Shown piece by piece: positions 21,701-31,458 of a stretch of DNA of 36,882 bases; the first letter of the stretch is position 1, and each line of letters begins with the position of its first letter. Under the pieces are notes generated by a model that ran no database searches, was not told where the DNA came from, and saw nothing but the letters and a program-made list of their open reading frames with translations. The translations under genes were made by a program, and so were the position numbers. Origin of the DNA: Phoronis australis (Eukaryota; Animalia; Phoronida); contig NMRA01000419.1 in assembly GCA_002633005.1 (NCBI GenBank), forward strand, positions 14,294 through 51,175, in the 5' to 3' direction.

Positions 21701-24700
21701 ACCACTGCAGGTGGTGGATTGTTTGGTGGAGCTACAGCATTTGGGCAGAAGCCTACAACAACTGCGTCTACTGGTTTCTCATTTGGTGGTGGTAACACAT
21801 CAAGTTCACTGTTTGGTGGAGCTACAGCATTTGGGCAGAAACCGGCAGGCACTACACTATTCAGCAACACAAGTGTCACCCAAGGTAATTTTGTCCATCT
21901 ACAGTCAATGGTAACTGACTTTTTAAGTGAGTGCTTGTTGAAATATAATTCCAAGTTGTGTCAGTGTGCCAAGACCAATGCTGTAACAATTACCATGTTT
22001 TGACGACTGCTGTTTGGATTTTAGAGATCATACAGGCTCAGCTGGCTTGATCAAATAAATTCACAGCCCTGTGTTCTTAATTCCTAAACCAATTTATAAA
22101 TCACATTTAAGTAGAACATTACCCCAATCATGATTGTTTTAAGGTTAGACAAGGTCGTCACTTAGCATTTCACTGTCTTCTGTTGCAAGCAGCTCCAACC
22201 AGCGACGCGGCCACACACCAACTGGCCAACCTTGTGACAGCTGTGACTGGTCCTGTCTTGTTTAATGATGAACGCGATGTGGTGGTTGCCAAATGGAACC
22301 AGATACAGTCCTTTTGGGGCACGGGACGAGCGTTTGCGAATCAGAGTTGCTCCATCCAACCAGACACAACTAATCCTTTTTGTCGTTTTAAGGTAAAATG
22401 TTATTCATCATGACAGATGCAGGTTGGGCTGCACAGCAAAATTCAGAAAAGCTCATCAAAATGATCAATGAATTGCTCGAAAAATGCTTGACATTGTCAA
22501 GTTATCTGAAGTCTTTTTTAAATTTTGGCGATTGTCTGAAGCACATGTTGATCAAAGTGTCAAAAATAAAAAGTTTTTCCACTTTAAGTATTGTAGATTT
22601 TCAATAAATTATGTAACTTTCTATCCAGATTGTGAATCATAACCTAGTTTCATTTTTTGTGTCTTCCTCTCTCACCTAATGCTGTTCCCTGAGGACATGA
22701 GGGAAACTGAAAGTGGTCAATGATGAATGTTTGTCTGATTTCAGTTACTTGGTTAATGCTGGACATTCTTTAGATCAAATAAATTCTTTCATTGAGCTTG
22801 TTTCCATTCTATTTTAATGCTCAAGGTCCTAGTGTTGTGCATATCATCCACATTCTTGTTTGTGCAAAAAGTCTGGCACGCAGTTGTCACTGTTTAAGTG
22901 ATCTTGCTTGGAAACCAAGGCTATAGTATGTTTCATTTTTATTTTTAGCATGGCATGTCCATTTGTTTAGTTAAATATGGTTGTGTACACTAGGTGGTAC
23001 GGATGCTGGTTGTGTACACAAGGTGGTTAGGATGCTGGTTGTGTACACAAGGTGGTGTGGATGCTGGTTGTGTACACAAGGTGGTGTGGATGCTGGTTGT
23101 GTACACAAGGTGGTGTGGATGCTGGTTGTGTACACAAGATGGTGTTTTTAAAACTTGGCAGTACTATTCTTATGTGTTGCTTCATTTAATGTGAACATCA
23201 TATCAGGTATCTATTCTGTTGGTGTCTGGTGTATGATGCATGGGCTTGTAGACCCACTATTATTTGAAGACACAGTTATTTTGTAATTGTTTTCCAATCT
23301 GAACTTGGGAATGCTAACTGCTTTCAGAGTGTGGGGTATAGCAAAGTCCCTTCTACCAAAGACGAAGATGGATTAGTGGCAGTGACTATGGCTAAAACTA
23401 TTGATTTGGTCAAGTCAAGTCAACAACAGATTGTCGACGAGCTCTACAAAGCAGTCCAGTCTAAACCTGAGTTGTCTGTTTGTGTGGACAGTGTTGTTGA
23501 AGTTCCAGAGGGCAGGTAATCTATTTGGAGTGGCATGTAACTCGTTGGATTTAGTTGTGCTTGCTAACCATTGATGTCACTGACACAGGTTAATTTTTTT
23601 AGTTCTACATAGTTGAAATATATGTATATGATGAGATTTCTTGGAATCACCTGATTTAGTAAACACAGACGCTGATGTTGGCTAATAATGATACATAACA
23701 AATAAACACAGACATATCAGGAACCCCACCTGGGAATCGAACCACAGGTCACTCATATCGGGTCCTTGGAGGTAACACCACTACACCAGCAATCTAGACC
23801 TGTGTTTCAATTCCCAGTTGGGTTCCCTGATGATTTAATTTGCTGAAACAAAAACATTTTCATATTTTTCAATTTGTTCATTTTGAATTCCTTATCCTTT
23901 TGAGTCCCTGAAGAGCCAGTTTGTCTAAGTTGAAAGTGAGACTGCTAGCAGTAAAAACACTATCTGCAAATAATATCTCAATGAAATAAGAGATAACGCT
24001 TTAACATGAAGAATTGATTTCCTTCAAAAGGATTGTGTGACAACACAAAAAACTAACTGACAAATCTCTAATCCAAACCTCAGATGCGAGTTGAGAAATT
24101 GAAATTCCTGATATTTTCTGGAGATGTTCTATGGTTCAACGAGTGAATTCAGCCCCACATCCTTACCACATATAAAAGCCATGTACAAGACTTAAGTAAC
24201 CAGTGTTCAGCCTTCTGTTATGGGGTGCACATGCATAGTACAGGGAAGGTGATGGTATGTACTCTTGTTCAAGGTAGTCGAGTGACATTTTTTGGTGAGT
24301 GAATCATTCTTAAGTTGAGTGCACCATGCAAGAGTATTAACACACCATCGTGGGAGATAACACAATGAGCCAATCTCTCAAAGTTGTTAGTATTGTTGAA
24401 GATCTGCCTTGAAAGATTAGTTTGCTGATGGTCAGATTTGTCCAGAACCAGCTTACAAATTGTGACATCAGATTGCGAATGATGACTTCATTCCACACCT
24501 CGCCAAACATGACTTCAGATAAGTAGTTATTGTAAAAGCCACCAAGCCATTCGTAGATGTTTTCCACGAATGTTTTTTTCATAATTCTTATACTTTGTAT
24601 GAACTGATGTGGGTCAACACATTGAAATTCTTTTGATGACCACATTGCTTCGGTGACTAAAACTAATCCACCATAAGTAGTTTTTGATGAATGTGTTTTG

Positions 24701-27700
24701 CGTGTTTGATGATTGTGTGACATTTAAGGTGGAAATTCGTGCTTTACTATCATTGGGATTTAGAAAGTGTACATTTTGTGGGTTGAGAGTAGGTAATTGA
24801 TGCAATGTGACTTGAGCAAGGTACATAGTAGTGTGTCTGACAATAAACTCACCCAGCAAGGTACATAGTAATGTGTCTGGCAATATACTTACCCAGCGAG
24901 GTATGTAGTGTGTGACAATATACTTACCCAGCAAGGTATATAGTAGCGTGTCTGGCAATATACTCACCCAGCAAGAAAATTAAAATGTTCTTTGTTGTCA
25001 GATGTCTGTGGACAAGTGTCATGTTGTATTAGTGGTGAATTTATGTAGGGTAATAGTGGCCTTTGTGTTACATTTCAGGACTGAACTGGTTATTTACATA
25101 AACCAGCGTGACCCTAATGGTACCACCAAACGTATCCCAGCCTCAACCCTCAGCGGCCATTTCAACAACATGAAGGCCCAGCCTCCCCTCTCTACACTTG
25201 GCATTTCTTGCATCACTCCAAAGATTTCCTTCAATGATGACCAACTTAAACAGTACCTTGACAACCCCCCACAGGGTCAGTGCAAGCAGCATGCATAAGT
25301 GTTCAATCCACACTTATATTAAAACATTGTGTTAATATTCATATGTGAGGCATCCTCAGTGTTCCTTCCATTTGTCAGCCACGGCATGCTTCCATATGTT
25401 AACCATCTAATAGATCTAAAATGCACACTAATTAACATATTTGTGGCTTAACTGGTAAATAAACTTCATTTAAAACAGTTATTACTTCTGGGTAATTGGG
25501 AATAATGGGCAACTTGTAATTCACTAGGTGTCACTAGTGAACCAGGTACCTTCCCATAGAAATGCCTGCATTATGGTATATTACGTGGGTCCCATATTCA
25601 CACAAACGCCACACCCCCCCATGGTGATGAGGGCTGTTCCAGCAAAATCTGTATGGAAGTGGGGAAGGCACTTTTATTTCGTACCCACCGCCCATATTTT
25701 TCATTTATTTCTCCAACCCATGACCCATAATTTTTTAATTATTTTTAATAGGTTAAAATATAAAATCCAACACTTCCAAGCAAATTGCCTCCAGGAGGAC
25801 CTGTTAAGAACTTACAATAGATGATTGACAGACAAGAACTAGTTGTCTTGTCCAATATTGTCAAAAACTAAAGTAGCCTGTGAGCAATACTTTTGGTAGC
25901 CACCAGGTGTCTCTGTCCACCATGTGTCTATAATTTCAATGAACATTTTTTCATTTATAAGGATCTATGAATCTCAAACTGTCTCCACGAACTCTTTTAT
26001 ACTTATATGTCAAGTGAATATTGGAACTTGTTTATCTTACTCCTCATACTTTTTATTTAAAAATCATCAATTTTCTTATTTGTGTTAACACCAGTTTAGT
26101 GTTGCATAACTTTTCAATTCAATAGGACTGCAGACAAACAGTTGGCTCAATCAAGTTGCCCATGACTTGATTAATGGCTAGTGAACATATTGCACTGTGT
26201 TCGCTGGCAATTTGGGTTTTTTGTATTGGAAAAATGTTAGGATATATGCCAATTGCATTTTATTGAGTTTTTACAGCTGAAGTAACCAACCTGTCAACAT
26301 TAACAGGTCAAAAAATACCACCCTTTTTTAATGCATCACTTGTTACAAGAACTACCACCCATAATTTGAGTTTTTCTGAATACCACCACCCATGAATTTT
26401 TATTTCTACTGCCGTCCCCCCCACATGGATTTTACTGGAACTCAGAGCTGCTTTCTGTTGTCGATCTGCTCAGGTCTAAAAGATCGTTATTTTATCGCAA
26501 CACCTATTGTAATACCGACCAAGTCGCCTACAACAAGTACCATTTACTACTTGCAGGTGTTATTTGTTAACTGGCCATGTTGTAGTAGGATTTTGACTAA
26601 TCATTTATCTCACTTTCTAAAGGTGTTGACCCTCTGGTCTGGCAACAAGCCAAAATGGATAATCCTGATCCTGACAACCTGATCCCAGTGCCAATATTAG
26701 GCTTCACGGGTCTCAACAACAGACTGCAACTACAGGATCTGCAGAGCAAAATGCACAAAGCTGCTCTTGTGGTGAGTGGTCCTGTAATATCTCATTGGTC
26801 TTGTGAAAGTAATGAACAGTGATCAAGGCAGAGAGTGCAATAGGATGACACTGGTCTTTTTACCTCTTGTCAGAATCAGTTTATGTGCCTGCTTGAGCAC
26901 ATTTTCAGTATACGAGTCTTCAAGTGCCATGGAAATGTGACAATAATGGTCATCTGCTTGGTGGCACTTGATTTGACATGGATGCAACTTGTAGTTCTGA
27001 AAAACTAAGCTTCTGCGTGCTTGAAACTCACCTAGGATTAAAAAAGTGTACAATGATATCATGTAATACATCTACGTCCACTGATGCTGCTGCTTTTGAT
27101 GACTGCTATCCAACAATCCTTTGTGTTATCCGTAAAAAGGTCAAAATCAACTTTTGGAAACCTGTTGTATTCGTACTAGCTCACTTGTGTGAACATGATT
27201 TTTGTTTGGAAACTCAAAGTTGCATTTTTGTCAGATGAGCATAACTCTGGTGGACAGCCAAAACGTACAAAAAGTACCTGAGTGTGAATAAAGAACTTCT
27301 TGATGTTGCAAAACAGAACTTTAACTCTAGTATCAGAGTAGTATTTCTGGGCAATGGTTTGTTCTCTTTATTACAAGTATTCTTGACAAAGCTGATTTAT
27401 TGCACAGATAATCACATCTGTATGTACATGTAATGGTTTGTGATGGTGACTGTTTCAGAAAATCAGTTCAGATATCGCAGAACTACAACGTAACCATGCC
27501 AACACCACGGCAACACTGGAACAGCATAAGCGGAAACACTTGGAACTGGGTCACCGTGTCCTACAGGTAGGTGTCACCAGTCACAGACTCAGAACACTGT
27601 TACACTGTTATAAAGTGTTCACCTTGACAACATGCTGCTGACACTGAAGTCTACCAGTACTAGATTGTTAACTCTGTGTGTGTATGCGCATGTGTATTTC

Positions 27701-30700
27701 TGCATGCGTGTACGCATTCGCTTATGTGGATGTGCCTGTTCATGATGCTTACGTATTGTAGAGGAGCAGACCTGTGTACCATACGCAAAAAATGCGGATT
27801 CGTACGGAAATCAAGCCTCCAGTACACAAATACGCACTGCCAGCCAAAAATACGCAAATTCAGCAAATTCAAAAGAGATTATTAATTCGCTTGTTTCTCA
27901 ATAAATACGCTGATTTGTAGTCTAAACGGACGAGGAAGAAGATTTTAAAGTTAGAAATTAAAAAAAATATTGTAAAATCATAATTTTAGCCAAAAAGTTG
28001 AACTACAAACTCGGAAAACTTGCTTCGTTTCATTCTCGAAATCGCGAGGCCTCTTCTACCAGTATGTGTGTCACAGGCCTAACCGATAAGCAACGACTTC
28101 TGTGATTTGTGGATTGCTTACTTCGTCTAATTCCGGCTATTTAAGAAAGTAGCTTCTGAAAGAAGGGAACATCTGTTTTTTTGCCGCGATATTCCAAAGA
28201 ATGACAATGTCTTATGCAAGGGACTGTGGAATTTATACTGGAAGTTGTAAGGCGTGTTGTTTTTTTTGCGGACATGGTGATCTGCACTGACTTCGTAGCA
28301 TGTTGAGCTGATGATAATACTCAAGGCACAGTCGAGCCTCGAGGTCTTTTCGCTTGCAGTACGGTGGTACGTGTTCACAGACACTTGCAATGAATAATTG
28401 TTCAAAACTTTTGTGATTGGTTTAGAAAATATCGTCTGGTGCGAAACACTGTTCAGTGCAGATTCATCACACATTTTTGCAGATATGTTTTTGTGTTAAG
28501 AAATGAGGTGTATACATGATTAATCATTAGGTTAATCATTAGCCTAATGATTAGACATGTATTAAGACGACTAAGTTCAGTAAGGACATTTGATTAACAG
28601 GATCTTTTCACTTAGCGCGTTTTCCCTCAATTAAACGACTTAAATTATACTGAAAATTGGTGATCAAGTCACTGCGTGTATTTTAGAGGCAAGTAAGTAG
28701 GGAAACTGTCCTCGGGGGGAACCAAAAGTTTGACTAAACAAGACAAAAGTCCACTAAAGAGGCAAGTAGTCGGCGAAAGCTCTGAACGTTGAACAAACTC
28801 ATTGTTTTTTCTTTTCTTAGTTAGTGAAAGGTCCACTGTGAAAATTCAAACCCCCCATATTTTAGGGTAAATTTGGTCTGTACTCGAAAATCTGCAAATT
28901 TACTGAAAAATAAGCAAATCTGGTGTTCAGAGTACTCCAATGGAGTTTTGGTGGTACACAGGTCTCGAGGAGGCGAGCGTGTCATCAGGGTCTGTTTTTG
29001 AGAAATAATGAAGTTTAAAGTGGCGTTTCTCCTCGTTAAGCTGTCAGTGTTGATTTCTTAACTGAGCACTGGGGACTAAAAACTTTTTACCACATTCATC
29101 CAATATTGAATAATTGCCGAATGAGTCATCAACTCACAGTCACTACTTACCTATGCGCCATTTTGAATCAATCCATAATGTTGCAGTTGGCCAATCTCAA
29201 TAAACTTTGAAGTGTTTTCTTGAGTCGTTGGTGGTTTTGATGTTTTTGGAAACAATACGCAAACAATGGAGGTTGATATTGGTCTGGAAGCTTGCAAGGT
29301 TTCACTGGATATGTTTGTCATCAGTATCACAAATGTCAATGTGTGCTTTGATACTGTGTTCAGAGACAAAGCCCATCAATTGAAAGTGTCATCAATTATT
29401 GAATTATGTTGTGAAATAACAGCAAAGTGGGAGACCCAACAAGTGACAAGATATCCCACATGTCTCTTACTCTATTTAAGTTAATCAATTTTTTTCCGTT
29501 GATTTTGGATCATCGTACATTTGACTGCAGGTCATGGCTAAACAAGAGATCTATCGCAAGCTTGGTCACTCGATACAGGGCGATGAGGAACAACTGAGAG
29601 TTCACCTCGAGGCTATTCAGGCTGAAATAAATGCCCCCACACAGTTCAAGGTAAAACATTGTGCCAGACCAGGAGCGTGACTCAAACTCAAAAACTGACC
29701 AATCATTTCTCCTGAAATTGGAACATTTACTTGAAGCATGTCATGCAATTCATCAACTTTCAAGTAGAGTTTCAAGTAAAATTTGGTGTACACATGCCCT
29801 GATATAACTCTATTTGGTGTACACTTGCCCTGATATAACTCTATTTGGTGTACACTTGCCTTGATATAACTCTATTTGGTGTACACATCGTCATGTAACC
29901 CCCGGACATATTGTGGTCAGGGCTTGGAATTTTCCGCGGAAACGCGGATTTCCGCTTTTTTCAAATGTGCTTTCCGCTTTTTTTATAATATTTCCGCGTA
30001 AAAAATCGGATTTGATATAAAATTTCCGCGGCAAATTCCTTTCTTACCGCGGCGTTGCAGACGACGTTCACCTCGAAAAGCGGAAGTTGCTCATTATGTT
30101 TCGGAGGAACGTAAATTGTCAACATTGTCGGGGCATCTGGGACAGCGTGGTGGGATTGTCAATTGCGTCTTGTGTTATTGTTAAGCGCGGCGACTAATAC
30201 TACCGCTCTGCAGCCAAAAATGTGTGGGTTGGGAGTGGACGGGCGAGCTAAAAGGACGCAGACGCATGCTACCGATGGTGGTAACGTTTTTTTTTTTTAT
30301 TTTTAGTCCTCCCGATTCTTGTCGGGGAAATTTGGGCCGTTGCAGTTTCAAAGTTTCCGCGTTTTTTGTCATTGGTCATTCCAAGCCCTGAAACTTAATT
30401 AATGGTAAACTTCACTGTTCTGTCACATGAAATTCGTATCAAGAAGTGTGGAAGTACTAGTTTAAGTGTTTCTCTACAGGGTCGACTGAATGAGTTGATG
30501 TACTTAGTCAAATGTTTCTCTACGGGGTCGACTGAATGAGTTGATGTACTAGTTTAAATGATTCTCTACAGGGTCGACTGAATGATTTGAAGTACTAGTT
30601 TAAGTGTTTCTCTACAGGGTCGACTGAATGAGTTGATGTCCCACATCCGCATGCAGAACCAGCTGCTATCTTGCCAGTCAGAGCCCAACTATACGATAGA

Positions 30701-30992
30701 CCAGCAGATGCAACATGAGATACGCCAGGTCAGTTTATAACTCATCGCTCTTGATACAACTGGCATTTACCACACGCTATTCTCCTGCAATTTTTGTTCA
30801 GCAAACGATGAGAGTTTCTGTCTGGAATACAGCCATGTTTGCCAAATCTGTTGCTTTATTTTTGGAACTAATTGATTTCAGCATTTGAAGCAGCAACAGG
30901 AAGGTCTCCAACATTTAATCAGCATTATCAAAGACGATGTTGAGGGTCTTCAACTGATAGAGCAGGGGATGGCATCGGCAACCAGGAAGTAG
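15648..30992 (+). CDS. NUP54: Nucleoporin p54; join(15648..15786,21516..21884,22193..22392,23328..23515,25079..25275,26623..26771,27459..27566,29531..29650,30618..30728,30882..30992), about 563 aa
   Basis: Ten GT-AG exons totalling 1692 nt in frame. FG-repeat N-terminus, then DERDVVVAKWNQIQSFWGTG, NPFCRFK, KDEDGLV, NPPQGVDPLVWQQAKMDNPD, LIPVP, NAPTQFKGRLNELMS and HLKQQQEGLQHLISIIKDD, matching vertebrate NUP54 as I recall it. Confidence 0.96.
16515..17708 (+). mobile_element. Kolobok-like element copy 3 (NUP54 intron 1), spanning an assembly gap
   Basis: TTAA|AGTCCTTCTCTCA from 16511 and AGAAGGACT|TTAA ending 17712. Highly similar to copy 1. Confidence 0.85.
16857..17197. other. Assembly gap (341 N)
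   Basis: Run of N inside Kolobok-like copy 3. Confidence 0.99.
21516..21884 (+). CDS. NUP54: NUP54 exon 2 (FG repeats)
   Basis: Acceptor ttcag|. Encodes GTSTSLFGGFNQPKTTASTGFTFG...TSVTQ. Donor G|GTAATT. Confidence 0.9.
21536..21693 (+). repeat. Coding 54-bp tandem repeat x3 in the NUP54 FG domain
   Basis: Identical units start at 21536, 21590 and 21644 and encode GGFNQPKTTASTGFTFGG. Confidence 0.95.
22193..22392 (+). CDS. NUP54: NUP54 exon 3 (alternative in-frame acceptors at 22190 or 22166)
   Basis: AAGCAG tandem acceptor. Encodes PVLFNDERDVVVAKWNQIQSFWGTG...NPFCRFK. Donor AAG|GTAAAA. Confidence 0.88.
22978..23145. repeat. 29-bp minisatellite, about 5.7 copies
   Basis: Unit tggttgtgtacacaaggtggtgtggatgc. 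Confidence 0.93.
23328..23515 (+). CDS. NUP54: NUP54 exon 4
   Basis: Acceptor ttcag|. Encodes SVGYSKVPSTKDEDGLV...PEGR. Donor AG|GTAATC. Confidence 0.92.
23716..23831 (-). repeat. tRNA-derived SINE head with an inverted partial copy (hairpin)
   Basis: The minus strand has A-box TGGTGTAGTGGT and B-box GGTTCGATTCCC. Arms 23716-23750 and 23797-23831 pair at 30/35. Confidence 0.6.
24816..24975. repeat. About 40-bp minisatellite, about 4 copies
   Basis: Unit gcaaggtacatagtagtgtgtctgacaatatactcaccca; one copy is 5 bp shorter. Confidence 0.88.
25079..25275 (+). CDS. NUP54: NUP54 exon 5
   Basis: Acceptor ttcag|. Encodes TELVIYINQRDPNGTTKRIPASTL...YLDNPPQ. Donor G|GTCAGT. Confidence 0.92.
26623..26771 (+). 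CDS. NUP54: NUP54 exon 6
   Basis: Acceptor ctaaag|. Encodes GVDPLVWQQAKMDNPDPDNLIPVPILGF...KAALV. Donor GTGAGT. Confidence 0.92.
27459..27566 (+). CDS. NUP54: NUP54 exon 7
   Basis: Acceptor ttcag|. Encodes KISSDIAELQRNHANTTATLEQHKRKHLELGHRVLQ. Donor GTAGGT. Confidence 0.92.
27767..28966. mobile_element. Non-autonomous TIR element, hAT-like ends
   Basis: TIR AGACCTGTGTACCA / TGGTACACAGGTCT. GAGGAG lies on both flanks (partial TSD). Confidence 0.6.
29531..29650 (+). CDS. NUP54: NUP54 exon 8
   Basis: Acceptor tgcag|. Encodes VMAKQEIYRKLGHSIQGDEEQLRVHLEAIQAEINAPTQFK. Donor GTAAAA. Confidence 0.93.
29781..29887. repeat. 31-bp minisatellite, about 3.5 copies
   Basis: Unit atttggtgtacacttgccctgatataactct. 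Confidence 0.9.
29918..30390. mobile_element. MITE with hAT-like CAGGG ends
   Basis: 13-bp TIR CAGGGCTTGGAAT / ATTCCAAGCCCTG with subterminal TTCCGC repeats. No matching TSD. Confidence 0.6.
30451..30639 (+). repeat. 46-bp tandem repeat x4 spanning the NUP54 intron 8/exon 9 boundary
   Basis: Unit gtactagtttaagtgtttctctacag|ggtcgactgaatgagttgat. Exon-start copies lie at 30480, 30526, 30572 and 30618. Confidence 0.95.
30618..30728 (+). CDS. NUP54: NUP54 exon 9
   Basis: Uses the fourth copy of a duplicated acceptor. Encodes GRLNELMSHIRMQNQLLSCQSEPNYTIDQQMQHEIRQ. Donor GTCAGT. Confidence 0.9.
30882..30992 (+). CDS. NUP54: NUP54 exon 10 (last coding exon)
   Basis: Acceptor ttcag|. Encodes HLKQQQEGLQHLISIIKDDVEGLQLIEQGMASATRK, then TAG. 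Confidence 0.93.
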   Translation, partial: HLKQQQEGLQHLISIIKDDVEGLQLIEQGMASATRK

Positions 30993-31031
30993 CATGATCA
31001 TTGTGTCGATGGAAAGTGTATGTATTCATAC

Positions 31032-31037
31032 AATAAA
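31032..31037 (+). promoter_or_regulatory. Candidate proximal polyadenylation signal of NUP54
   Basis: AATAAA about 40 nt after the stop codon. Confidence 0.4.
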
Positions 31038-31419
31038 GCCAAGAAGTACAGGCCAGGAAAGTTTATATGATTCAAGAACATTGTATTGGATTTGTTAGAG
31101 GACTACCAACAACACCCTGTATTGGAAGCAGTCACTCAAATTCTTTGACTGGTTGGGAGGGAACTATCACATTCATGAACGCTGCCAGCCATACCTAGAA
31201 TGTTCGCTTATTGTAACTCGACCTGAAAGACATTTCTGTTGAAGCTGAATTCCTCCTAATATTGAAGTCGTTTATTACATCTCTGGTGATTGCACATATT
31301 CTGAAAAATTATGTTTCATTGCTGCGCTATCTTGTGGTGATGTTGCAAATTGTATGCAACAGCACCATCTTGTGCTGGTGCTGCAAAACGAACAGTTAAC
31401 TGTCTCAGTGAAGAAAACA

Positions 31420-31425
31420 AATAAA
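31420..31425 (+). promoter_or_regulatory. Candidate distal polyadenylation signal of NUP54
   Basis: AATAAA about 430 nt after the stop codon, just before the satellite. Confidence 0.45.
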
Positions 31426-31458
31426 GACTGCCATTAAGTATTGATTTGCATCTATGTG

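Noticed and set aside
21534-21954. Overlapping alternative-frame and antisense ORFs
   Set aside because: Shadows of the repetitive NUP54 exon 2.
22688-22720. CTGAGGA...GAAA...GTC hammerhead-like string
   Set aside because: No convincing helix II or helix I pairing.
23725-23790. Functional tRNA gene
   Set aside because: Only A/B boxes are present; acceptor and anticodon stems do not pair. Treated as SINE-derived. The same applies to 35618-35683.
25631-26445. MITE bounded by GTTCCAG.AAAATC inverted ends
   Set aside because: Ends are too degenerate and there is no TSD.
29040-29484. Possible RT remnant (LQHYGL on minus, FDTV on plus)
   Set aside because: The motif fragments lie on opposite strands and are too short to support a call.
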